Shown: positions 44,692 to 53,313 of the stretch, piece by piece
Layout: each line of letters opens with the position of its first letter
Numbering within the stretch: position 1 is the first letter of the stretch
From: an uncultured virus (IMG/VR IMGVR_UViG_3300013005_004049)
Lineage: Duplodnaviria > Heunggongvirae > Uroviricota > Caudoviricetes
Direction: 5' to 3' (one strand)
DNA: 64,000 nt
Virus record (IMG/VR): IMGVR_UViG_3300013005_004049
Coordinates: 1 to 64,000 of that record
Notes under the pieces: generated by a model
Database searches by the model: none
Seen by the model: the letters and a program-made list of their open reading frames with translations, nothing else
What the model was told of the DNA's origin: nothing
Position numbers and translations under genes: made by a program

Positions 44692-45185
44692 ACCTTTCCG
44701 TAATCAACTACCTCACACTGTCTGCTGATATCTTTAACAAAGTATGCGCACACAGGATTGTCTCCTGCTGTGAGTGGTACTGCAAGCAACTGCCCGGGCC
44801 TGAGCTTGGGGAAATACCACTTGGTGTCATGATATATATCTACAATTTCAATTGGAAAAAACTCTGGCTTAAAACTTTTTAGTGGATTGAATGTAAACAC
44901 GCTGAAGCCACGATCATTAATACTGGTCAATGGCACAACTTCTAGGTCACCGAAGTCATGTTCACCAATAAGCACTTGCCAATCCACTGGCATTTTGATT
45001 GTGTGTGGCCCAATACGCAGCACCAGAGCAGGGCTGTTGAAACTTTCTAAAAATATCAATGGTATGTAAAAGTAATCAGGGTCCTTAGGATTGCTGTTAT
45101 CAAATACACAAAATCTCAAATCCTCTACTTCGTCTGGAATTTCGTCCATCTCAAACGCTTGATTATCCAGCGTTAAAATTCTCAT
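44685..45185 (-). CDS. Hypothetical phage protein
   Basis: Packed ORF; no function recognised. Confidence 0.7.
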   Translation of the reverse strand: MRILTLDNQAFEMDEIPDEVEDLRFCVFDNSNPKDPDYFYIPLIFLESFNSPALVLRIGPHTIKMPVDWQVLIGEHDFGDLEVVPLTSINDRGFSVFTFNPLKSFKPEFFPIEIVDIYHDTKWYFPKLRPGQLLAVPLTAGDNPVCAYFVKDISRQCEVVDYGKVW

Positions 45186-45187
45186 AA

Positions 45188-45961
45188 TTATTTTCCTCTT
45201 CTTAAATCTTTATTGCAGGATACCTTGATCAAGAATCCTTCTCTAGGACTGTGCAACCTATACTGCTTCAATAACAAATTGTTTTTTTCAAGCCAAGCGC
45301 TCATCAATGCATATTCTGTAAACATGGCCTTGTGATTGATTTGCAACATCAGGAGCTGTGGAAACAGAGCGCCGCATTGTTGCTTTAGATATGTTATCAT
45401 GTTTTGCACTGAGTGTGTATGACAAGGACACACACTGGCTTCTCTAGTTCTTAGAGCAACTGTGTGTTCTGTAAAACGCAGTCCCATGAAATCATATGCA
45501 TGTTCATATTGACTACGATGATGCGAATTTGGGCCAAACCAAGCGTCTTGTGGATCATGTATAGGCAATGCTTGTAGCATACTCTGTCCTTGAGTATCAA
45601 CAAAATCATTGTATGCAAGATTACCAAAATAAAAATCCTTGCTGTCATTGATCACATACCATTCTGTTCTGATCAATTCAGCAGCAATAATCTTGAGTTG
45701 TTGTTGGCTTTGCCAATCATATGCACTCTGTTCTGGCCATATGCTGTTGCTCCACAGGTGTCGTATGGGTAGCATTGAAAATTGTTGCACTACAGATTCA
45801 AACTCAGGCAGATATCTGTAATGATCGTTGAATATCAACAGCACTTCTTCTAAATCATCTCTATTGCAGTGAGTCACCAGACTGCGAAGATAACGAGATA
45901 ACAACAACAGGTCTTTGCTGCAAGTAACCACCACAAAGGTTAACTTGTTGGCTATTGCCAT
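45188..45961 (-). CDS. Glycosyltransferase-like protein (DUF6492-like)
   Basis: WQSQQQLK, INDSKD, FTEYAL. Confidence 0.5.
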   Translation of the reverse strand: MAIANKLTFVVVTCSKDLLLLSRYLRSLVTHCNRDDLEEVLLIFNDHYRYLPEFESVVQQFSMLPIRHLWSNSIWPEQSAYDWQSQQQLKIIAAELIRTEWYVINDSKDFYFGNLAYNDFVDTQGQSMLQALPIHDPQDAWFGPNSHHRSQYEHAYDFMGLRFTEHTVALRTREASVCPCHTHSVQNMITYLKQQCGALFPQLLMLQINHKAMFTEYALMSAWLEKNNLLLKQYRLHSPREGFLIKVSCNKDLRRGK

Positions 45962-47406
45962 TCGGACTTCTCCACAGCAAATGGATAGTTGGCTTCTCTA
46001 TAGAACGCCTTGCGTTTGGTAAGGTGCCGTTTGGCAAATTTACAGGTACTGGTCAAATCCCAGATTTGTACAAAGTCTTTGTCTTCTGCTTTCCTAATAC
46101 CTCTTCCAATAGATTGTATAACCCTAACAAAGCTCTTTCCGGGTTCCACAAGAACCAAATTAAATATCCTAGGAATATTAATGCCCACAGCGGCCACACC
46201 ATAAGTCGCCACAATAACCTTGCCGTGTGCGGTAGCCACCTCATTGTACTCATCTTGACGATCTGTAGCTTTCGTTGCCCCCGATATGAATACTGCATCT
46301 TTGATCCTCTCAGTTAATGCTTGACCAGCTGCCACACGATCAACCAGGATGAGAGTGTTGCCGCTTTCGCGAATACCTTGTACCAGTTGAGCCATGTAGT
46401 CTAATCTACCAGCTGTCTCCAATAGGTATTTAAGTTCGCTTTGATAATTGTTGTACTCAACATGATCTGCAAGCTGAACAATGTTCACATGACATTGTGC
46501 TAGATGACCAGCTTCTTGCAGTGTTGCTGCTTTCAAACTGCCTACTACCTCACCAATGGCACACTTGATTGACATGAACTCATATTCTTCTTTGGGTATA
46601 GTTCCTGTAAGTCCCCAACGAATTGGAATGTGACTCATTACACCTGTCAGCAGAGTTTTCAGTGCATCTGCTTTGGCCATGTGTACTTCATCCACAATAA
46701 CACACACCACATCTTCCAGGAACTCGCCGATGGTAATGTCAGCTTCTTGGTTCTTGGTATTCTTGAGCAACACATTTAGGCTCTGCCAGGTACAAATAGT
46801 GTGCTGACGACCAAACTCTTTTCTATCTCCGTAGAACACACCTACATCTAACTGCATGTTGATATAATCAAGCTCTGTTTGTGTGACCAGACTCTTGTTG
46901 GGCACTATGACTATGGAGCGACCGTACTGACTCACTGCGTCACTGAGCGCGGCTGTGATCACTGTTTTGCCTGCACCAGTGGCCACTTCTTGTACACTTT
47001 GTGGATTCTCAAAAAAGCGATTGATAATTTCAGCCTGATAGTCTCTGAGACGCATGGGTTGGCCTACCATGGGGTGTCCCTTGGGCCAGGCAATATGACT
47101 GTAGCTGTCTTCAGTTATCTGCTTGAATTCAAAGTTGGTTTTATACTCTCTAGTATCATTGACTTCGATGTTGTAGCCTTGCTGACCCAGATAAGACAAT
47201 ATCTCTGGCAATAGATTGATGTAGGTGCTGCCGCCCAATTGGAAAAAACCCACCTTGCCATCCCACCGCCCTAGTCGCACTGCCGGCAGATATCTAGCCC
47301 CAGGAATTTCGTACTTGTACTTGTTGGCAAGCTCTCGCCTGTCTGAAAGTTCTAGTCCTTCGATCTTGACATTGACTTCGTCACGGATAATTAGTTTAGC
47401 AAACAT
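45952..47406 (-). CDS. uvsW: SF2 DNA helicase (UvsW-like)
   Basis: LRDYQ, ATGAGKT, DEVH, GLTGT, QSIGRGIR. Confidence 0.88.
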   Translation of the reverse strand: MFAKLIIRDEVNVKIEGLELSDRRELANKYKYEIPGARYLPAVRLGRWDGKVGFFQLGGSTYINLLPEILSYLGQQGYNIEVNDTREYKTNFEFKQITEDSYSHIAWPKGHPMVGQPMRLRDYQAEIINRFFENPQSVQEVATGAGKTVITAALSDAVSQYGRSIVIVPNKSLVTQTELDYINMQLDVGVFYGDRKEFGRQHTICTWQSLNVLLKNTKNQEADITIGEFLEDVVCVIVDEVHMAKADALKTLLTGVMSHIPIRWGLTGTIPKEEYEFMSIKCAIGEVVGSLKAATLQEAGHLAQCHVNIVQLADHVEYNNYQSELKYLLETAGRLDYMAQLVQGIRESGNTLILVDRVAAGQALTERIKDAVFISGATKATDRQDEYNEVATAHGKVIVATYGVAAVGINIPRIFNLVLVEPGKSFVRVIQSIGRGIRKAEDKDFVQIWDLTSTCKFAKRHLTKRKAFYREANYPFAVEKSEWQ

Positions 47407-47438
47407 GTTGTAATTTTAACACAAAAGCAACAGGCAAA

Positions 47439-48146
47439 TCAACCTGTTGCGCAGAGTTTTTCATAACTTTTCTCAATCAAATCTTTCATTTGTTTGTCAT
47501 GACTTTGATATATTGTGATGTGCAGTCTAGTGTAAGGAGTAGGGTTAACCACAGCATGCCTGCAGCCAACATTGATCATAAACGCTTTACCGTTTTCAAA
47601 TGGCACGATTCCTGCACCTTCAACTGCAAACTCACAGCCCTGTGGATGATCAATGGCAATGTTAATATTGTCTAGTCCATGACAATCATCTTTGTGCAAC
47701 CCTATCACTCCATTGGGCTCTAACCCCAACAGTCTAATCTTGTGAAACTGAGCATGCGGCCATTGTTCCTGTAGATATTTTACTGTGTTGGGCATGAGAG
47801 TCAGGGCCTGCGCTGTCCAATCATTGACACCCTGCACAGGACCATGATAGTCGCCTGGATCTTCTGCTCCACGACTGTAGATGCCAAGGTTGGTCCAGCC
47901 ATGACTGTCATGGCTGGTAATAGGCTGTGCCAGCATGTGAGGCATGGCAGCACGAGCTTCTTGCTGAATCATGTGCCAGGGTATTTCAATATCCAGTGGC
48001 AAGTAAGGCAACCCACTCTGCCAACATATCCAATCACTGTTGGCTTGATCCACGCGGGGCACCTGTAGAGAATCTGTTCTTACACTGCGCAGGAACGCCT
48101 GTGTTATTCCCGGCTGATGAGCAAACTCACTTACTTCTTTTCGCAT
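47439..48146 (-). CDS. Aspartyl/asparaginyl beta-hydroxylase-like 2OG-Fe(II) oxygenase
   Basis: LEPNGVIGLHKD, RHAVVN, RLH. Confidence 0.75.
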   Translation of the reverse strand: MRKEVSEFAHQPGITQAFLRSVRTDSLQVPRVDQANSDWICWQSGLPYLPLDIEIPWHMIQQEARAAMPHMLAQPITSHDSHGWTNLGIYSRGAEDPGDYHGPVQGVNDWTAQALTLMPNTVKYLQEQWPHAQFHKIRLLGLEPNGVIGLHKDDCHGLDNINIAIDHPQGCEFAVEGAGIVPFENGKAFMINVGCRHAVVNPTPYTRLHITIYQSHDKQMKDLIEKSYEKLCATG

Positions 48147-49279
48147 TATTTGCCTAACTTGTGATTTAGGTACACAATTTTTTCGCTGTTCTGTTGCATC
48201 ATTTGTTTTTCAATTCCCGGCAACATGCCCGAGTAACTGATCAATAAAGGTATGGTGTCATTGGTATTGATAGGCTTGTGGGTAAACAGCACCGGTGTGG
48301 TTATTTCTTTGATACTGTCTAGTTTTTTATTCAACAACAAAGTCACTTGATCCTGTCCCAGCTCTTGTGTTACCAACGCATGTTCGTTAGACAAACTAGG
48401 TGCATAGATTATCATGGGCAATCTATTTACCAGCTGAGCATAGCGTAGCAGGCGACTCAACTGATTTTGTGCGCCAGCTAATTCGTATTCTCTACGCAAC
48501 ATGAACACCACTAGATCAGGCCCTAGAGCACTGTCAAGTTCTGTAACCAAATCTTCATGCACAGTATAGCCTAGCACACTTGAAAGATCAACCAGCTGAT
48601 GCAGGTGTTCATCATCCAAACTCCATCCTTGTGCGTGAATGTAGTCTAACATACCAGGTGAAGCATTTGTTAGTTCCAGCCCCGACTCAGTCCTGCACAG
48701 TTGTATCTTGTACGGCTGTTGTTCTACTGCAATAATCTCTTCCAGGTACTGTTCAATTGGTTGGTCAATTTCAAAATTGTGCCCTTTGGCCCAGCTTACT
48801 GTGAAATTAATATTGTACTCGCTTACTGCAATGACCCAGACCTTGTTTTCTTTGTCAAAGTGTGCTGACCCTTGTCGTGCTTTCAACAGCTCGCGCAGTT
48901 GAGTGATCATATTGCTGTCGTATGGAAAACGAAGATAGATCTTGGAACCGTCGGACCAAATGCGTTTGCTACGATCAAGATAGCGCAAGGGCCTGCGATA
49001 TTTTGGATCAGTACAAGGCGTCACATCAATGCCCTTGCTGGCCAGTTGACGCTGATACTTGAGAATGATTTTCACAGCCAATTGGGCTTGCTTGTCCGTC
49101 ATAGCAGTGCCAGCGAGTGTGCTGGATGTCAAGTCATCCAAGAAGCTGGTATCGTATCTGGCAAGACTCACAATAGGACTGAATGCACCAAACAAGTAAC
49201 CAGAACTTATTTTGCCTGCCAAGTCTCGCTTGCCGGCCAGTACCTCAAGATAGTCTTCAACAAAATCATAGGTCTTCAT
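48146..49279 (-). CDS. Hypothetical protein (HARP-like segment)
   Basis: LRFPYD...HFDKENKVW; upstream of UvsW; leaderless sigma70 promoter. Confidence 0.55.
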   Translation of the reverse strand: MKTYDFVEDYLEVLAGKRDLAGKISSGYLFGAFSPIVSLARYDTSFLDDLTSSTLAGTAMTDKQAQLAVKIILKYQRQLASKGIDVTPCTDPKYRRPLRYLDRSKRIWSDGSKIYLRFPYDSNMITQLRELLKARQGSAHFDKENKVWVIAVSEYNINFTVSWAKGHNFEIDQPIEQYLEEIIAVEQQPYKIQLCRTESGLELTNASPGMLDYIHAQGWSLDDEHLHQLVDLSSVLGYTVHEDLVTELDSALGPDLVVFMLRREYELAGAQNQLSRLLRYAQLVNRLPMIIYAPSLSNEHALVTQELGQDQVTLLLNKKLDSIKEITTPVLFTHKPINTNDTIPLLISYSGMLPGIEKQMMQQNSEKIVYLNHKLGK

Positions 49280-49312
49280 GGTTGCAGTTTAACAGAGGCA
49301 GCATCAGAAGTC

Positions 49313-49342
49313 AAAAAAAAGCCCTACCATTTCTGGTAGGGC
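49313..49342 (-). terminator. Rho-independent terminator
   Basis: GCCCTACCA-GAAA-TGGTAGGGC then T8. Confidence 0.9.
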
Positions 49343-49409
49343 ATAAGGTAGATTGCGGAAAGGAGCTAACAAACCACAACCATCAAGCGAGACATTGCCC
49401 GCCTAATTC
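49313..49409 (-). ncRNA. Candidate three-hairpin 3'-UTR RNA with an anti-Shine-Dalgarno loop
   Basis: Stem GGTTGTGG/CCGCAATC closes the loop TTTGTTAGCTCCTTT; flanked by a second hairpin and the terminator. Confidence 0.45.
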
Positions 49410-50456
49410 TTAAGCCATCTTCATGCAAGTGGTTTGAGCCATTGCCTTCCAACGCATGGGGAAGCTCTTGTACAATTGAGCAACCTTGATTGCCATGCGC
49501 AAGCTCAACTCACGCAAGGACTTCTTGTTAGAATCCATAAACTCAATGATCTCATCTGAGCCAGCTTCGCTGATGTCCATGTCAGCAAACAACTCGCCAG
49601 TCTTGGCAATTTGCTTGATGCGCAGGATCTTGTCGCGTTCGGTGTCCAGAGTCAAGTCCAAGTAGTGGCAGCGTGATTGCAGTGCATCCAAGTGATCGCG
49701 CAGTTTTTGCGACTTCATCTTGTCAAACTTGAGGTTGGTAATAAAGATAACCGTACCGTTGAAGTTGAAACTGTCTGGAATGCCTTCTTCCTTGAGAATA
49801 CGGCTCTCACTCAACCATGAAATCTTGCGCTTCTTGCCAGAGTCCAAAGCACCTTTCAGCAAGTTCAAGCTCACATCATCCAACAGGATTGAGTCGCAGT
49901 CGTCAAACACAACCACGCAATTTTCGTCCGAGTACTTGTACAGAGTTTGGTACAAGCCAATGGGCGAAGCAGAACCTTTTACAATCTCGGCACGGAGTCG
50001 ATTGGAGCCCAACATCTGCATCATCTGCACTTTTTCAATCTCACGCTCAACACCATATGACTTACCAACACCAGGAGGGCCGCTGACAATCATGGCACGG
50101 ATTTCGCCGCCCACGCAAGCCTTGGTCATGTCTGTAAGAATCTCAAAACGCTCAGCGATCTCACCCATGCGCTCTTCGTCGGTTTTGCTGTCATTGATAG
50201 CGTCTTGCACATCTGCATCCACAGCCATCACAGCACCGTCAAACTCGTCGGCACCAACAAACTCGTAGTCGCTCATGCCTTCAACTTTGACACGGATTTC
50301 TTCTGGGAAGCCAGGAAACTTGCCACCGTTTTTTACAGTAACATAACCACCTTTGGCAGTTTGTTTGAATTGTTCTACCAGCTGGAACACTTTACCCGAC
50401 ACATCGTGAGCACGATAAGCGCCAGACTTAACACGAACGAAAGCAGATTTAGACAT
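49410..50456 (-). CDS. AAA+ ATPase, early gene
   Basis: GPPGVGKS, VVFDDCD, FITN, LQSR. Confidence 0.85.
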   Translation of the reverse strand: MSKSAFVRVKSGAYRAHDVSGKVFQLVEQFKQTAKGGYVTVKNGGKFPGFPEEIRVKVEGMSDYEFVGADEFDGAVMAVDADVQDAINDSKTDEERMGEIAERFEILTDMTKACVGGEIRAMIVSGPPGVGKSYGVEREIEKVQMMQMLGSNRLRAEIVKGSASPIGLYQTLYKYSDENCVVVFDDCDSILLDDVSLNLLKGALDSGKKRKISWLSESRILKEEGIPDSFNFNGTVIFITNLKFDKMKSQKLRDHLDALQSRCHYLDLTLDTERDKILRIKQIAKTGELFADMDISEAGSDEIIEFMDSNKKSLRELSLRMAIKVAQLYKSFPMRWKAMAQTTCMKMA

Positions 50457-50487
50457 ACAAGCTCCTTTTTTGTTTAACTATGACTCT

Positions 50488-50516
50488 AGTATAGCAAAAT
50501 GGGTATTATTGGTCAA
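50488..50516 (-). promoter_or_regulatory. Early sigma70-type promoter TTGACC-17-TGcTATACT
   Basis: Followed by an AAGGAG RBS. Confidence 0.8.
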
Positions 50517-50688
50517 CCGGCGCAAACATGCGGGCACCTTCTGCCATAAACACACTATAGGCTTCCATTGTTTTTTCACAGTAAAGCATCTTGCCGTGCT
50601 TTTGAATGTCTTGCAAAACTTCTAACAGTCCGATACCCATGAACTCTTGTTCTTTGTTGAGTTGGGCAATAGCTGTGCTAATTTGCAT
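50506..50688 (-). CDS. Small early hypothetical protein
   Basis: Has its own promoter and AAGGAG RBS. Confidence 0.7.
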   Translation of the reverse strand: MQISTAIAQLNKEQEFMGIGLLEVLQDIQKHGKMLYCEKTMEAYSVFMAEGARMFAPVDQ

Positions 50689-50718
50689 TTGGGGCTCCTT
50701 TTGTTTAACTTAGCCTAT

Positions 50719-50747
50719 AGTATAGCAAATGGGCCCATTTGAGTCAA
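50719..50747 (-). promoter_or_regulatory. Early sigma70-type promoter TTGACT-17-TGcTATACT
   Basis: Near-duplicate of the 50488-50516 promoter. Confidence 0.8.
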
Positions 50748-50800
50748 CCGGGCTAAAACCCGCACAAACACTAGGGTTTTTGTTGCAAAAAATGTAATAC

Positions 50801-51283
50801 TTAGGGCTTACTCTGCTGTTCTGTAGCACTAAGTTTACACAATAGCAAGAAGTGCTCGTATGCTTGTTTCACGCTTTCGTTGGTCAAGAGCTTTTGTGCT
50901 TCTTTGACCAAGGCCTGGCTACCTGCTTCTGCAGCCTCACGACAGCTGCCGCAGGTCATCATGTTGCGGTTGGGATCATCGGGATCCATAGTAGCTAGAA
51001 ACTGATCAAAGGCTGCTCGTTGTTCCAGCGTGATGCTTCTGGTAGCTGGCCGCAGTTCTGATGCCCTATGGATAGATTGTGAAATTTCATCCTCGCAATA
51101 GAGTGATGCTGCCAGTAATGGCACGATGTCTGGATCTACAGCATACCGGCGGCTGGTCATGCCGGGCCGTTTCACCGTCATGGTTGTGCCGTTGGGAATG
51201 TAATCAATCATTTCTTGATCGTACTCGCCAATTTCCACATATCGGCGGCCAACTTTTTTGTAAATTCCGGTAGGTTTTTTCAT
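50801..51283 (-). CDS. Hypothetical protein
   Basis: Coupled ORF; IYKKVGRRYV. Confidence 0.65.
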   Translation of the reverse strand: MKKPTGIYKKVGRRYVEIGEYDQEMIDYIPNGTTMTVKRPGMTSRRYAVDPDIVPLLAASLYCEDEISQSIHRASELRPATRSITLEQRAAFDQFLATMDPDDPNRNMMTCGSCREAAEAGSQALVKEAQKLLTNESVKQAYEHFLLLCKLSATEQQSKP

Positions 51284-52140
51284 CTAAACTGCTCCAACAA
51301 ATTTTTTAATCCAAACAACTTTGTGCGATCCATGCTCTGTGCCACATGCACAAATCGAGTGGGTCGCAGATACAAGGTTTTACAAATTTCATTATAACGC
51401 TGATTGTACAAATTCCACAAGTGATCCGGAGGCACACGATGTATGTGATGAAGTCCAATGTGCATGAGACTGGCCGGAATCATTTTGAACTGATTGAATA
51501 TGGTTATGCTGTCCTGCGGATTTTGTTGTCGGCTCCATCGTATGCCAATTCTATTCCACCACAGGTCCATGCCTTTGCTTAGACTCATGGCCACAGATTG
51601 TATGGCAGGATGATTGTAGTCAAACACAATGTCTCTTGCGGCTGTTAACCAAGCAGAATCCACATGCACTGGTATGTTTTTTTGCACACATTCGTCTAGA
51701 ATCTCCTGCATGCGTGGGTGTATGTCATAGTGTCCTGCAAAAGGCATGCTGATCAACAAGGGCCGGTCAGGCTCAAGATTGCCAGGTTGACTGGGCACCA
51801 GCCCTGGGTCAAGCCGCCAGTAGTAGGTGTAGTCATGTGCCAACACTTGTATGCCACGGGTCGTGTGCTGTTGCAAAAGATTGTCAATAAAATGGTTTAC
51901 CCCCATGCAGGCTTCAAATACAGGAAACGCATCCAGTCCAGTGATTTGGTTCAATGAGCTGGATCTAAACCAAGCAGGTGCATCACGCAACCAGGTGCGA
52001 TGTACTTCAATTGGATCAAGGTCTTGAATGCTGTACTGCCTGCGCACTTCGCAGAGCCAGGCCGAGCTGGCATTTACCGGAGAGCTCTGTGTGCGTTCAG
52101 CAAACAGATCTATCAGCTGGTTAGATGTGATACTGCCCAT
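51280..52140 (-). CDS. PLP-dependent transferase-like protein
   Basis: VHVDSAW, SLSKG (candidate PLP lysine), RIG. Confidence 0.6.
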   Translation of the reverse strand: MGSITSNQLIDLFAERTQSSPVNASSAWLCEVRRQYSIQDLDPIEVHRTWLRDAPAWFRSSSLNQITGLDAFPVFEACMGVNHFIDNLLQQHTTRGIQVLAHDYTYYWRLDPGLVPSQPGNLEPDRPLLISMPFAGHYDIHPRMQEILDECVQKNIPVHVDSAWLTAARDIVFDYNHPAIQSVAMSLSKGMDLWWNRIGIRWSRQQNPQDSITIFNQFKMIPASLMHIGLHHIHRVPPDHLWNLYNQRYNEICKTLYLRPTRFVHVAQSMDRTKLFGLKNLLEQFR

Positions 52141-52499
52141 AGTGTGATAGCTAGATAGGTAAGACTATGGGCCAGTTGATCTGCACCCAACCAGACCCAG
52201 AACTCATGATCTTGTATGGTCAGCCCGCGCCAGCGATTGATGTTCATTTTGAGCCAGTCAATATGATAGTGGAACAGTCCGTCTGCCAGTGCAGCAAACA
52301 CTGCAATAAAAGGATTGGTCATCCAACAGAGCACTGCCCAGGTCCCCACAATGTGCATGAGTGTGTGATGTACGCCACCCTCGGCACCGTAGATACCTTT
52401 TTGTTGTACCATGTAATCAAATTGTAGTACAAAATCTGCTATGAAATGCTTGGCAAACAGTAGTGCAAGTATGGCAATAGTTAATTGAGCTTCTGTCAT
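52113..52499 (-). CDS. DUF3307-like membrane protein
   Basis: KHFIADFVLQ, HH, HYHIDW, DQLAH. Confidence 0.75.
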   Translation of the reverse strand: MTEAQLTIAILALLFAKHFIADFVLQFDYMVQQKGIYGAEGGVHHTLMHIVGTWAVLCWMTNPFIAVFAALADGLFHYHIDWLKMNINRWRGLTIQDHEFWVWLGADQLAHSLTYLAITLWAVSHLTS

Positions 52500-52512
52500 G
52501 TTGATATTTAAC

Positions 52513-52716
52513 CTACCTAATCTGAAGCAGATTCATTTTACGCACAAGTTGAGCTTCAACTTGTCGCCAGAATCTATAGGCCCAGGTGTTGGGGTACACT
52601 TTGTCTATCACATGGCGCACACTGTCAAGTTTACGCCCAATGGTCTCAATTTCATCACCCACAATCACTGCTCCCCTAGTGAATTGAAATCTTGAAATGT
52701 TGCGAGGTCGGTACAT
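52513..52716 (-). CDS. Hypothetical protein
   Basis: Last ORF of the early operon. Confidence 0.55.
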   Translation of the reverse strand: MYRPRNISRFQFTRGAVIVGDEIETIGRKLDSVRHVIDKVYPNTWAYRFWRQVEAQLVRKMNLLQIR

Positions 52717-52718
52717 GG

Positions 52719-52895
52719 TCAACTGTTAATGGTAGCATAGGGATCATAATTTTCTGGCTGTGGAAAGGCAGCATCCCATTCAGCTGGGTCAATGTTTTCT
52801 ATGTCTTGCCAATCGTAATCCTTGTCTACTAGCACGCCATCGTCATCGTAAAAAGGATCTTCTATCAAACGACCATATCCGGGTTCGCTCATCAT
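52719..52895 (-). CDS. 58-aa highly acidic protein
   Basis: Hand-translated (MMSEPGYGRLIEDPFYDDDG...YDPYATINS); AGGAG RBS; below the ORF-track cutoff. Confidence 0.65.
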   Translation of the reverse strand: MMSEPGYGRLIEDPFYDDDGVLVDKDYDWQDIENIDPAEWDAAFPQPENYDPYATINS

Positions 52896-52901
52896 GCTCT
52901 C

Positions 52902-53228
52902 CTATAGTTTGGGAATATTGTAGTTCACACCCTGTGGGCTTGGACGCTTGCGAATGCCCAGCTTGCTCCAATCTTGTTCTAGCATGGCTAGATTCTTTTT
53001 GTCCTTTACCGTTGCACCTTCAATTTTGAGCGTGATAAAAGTTTTGTTGTATTTGGGTTCAAAAAATCTACCTGCATACACCAATTCCAACACCTGGCGC
53101 ATGCGTTCAGCTTGCACCTGTTGTGCAGAGCTGTAGTGTGTTTTGTTTGCACTAGAGCGCATGCGGGCATCACGGGCTGCCCACCATTTGTTAGACGCTT
53201 CTTCTGTGTTGATGAATTTTTCCTGCAT
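52902..53228 (-). CDS. Early hypothetical protein
   Basis: AGGAG RBS and upstream sigma70 promoter. Confidence 0.7.
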   Translation of the reverse strand: MQEKFINTEEASNKWWAARDARMRSSANKTHYSSAQQVQAERMRQVLELVYAGRFFEPKYNKTFITLKIEGATVKDKKNLAMLEQDWSKLGIRKRPSPQGVNYNIPKL

Positions 53229-53259
53229 AGCAAGCTCCTATTTTTTGTAGAGTTTATGC

Positions 53260-53288
53260 AGTATAAGAAAAAGCCCAATTGTTGTCAA
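53260..53288 (-). promoter_or_regulatory. Early sigma70-type promoter TTGACA-17-TATACT
   Basis: Near-consensus hexamers. Confidence 0.8.
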
Positions 53289-53313
53289 CCAAGCATTTGT
53301 TGCAATTTTGCTA

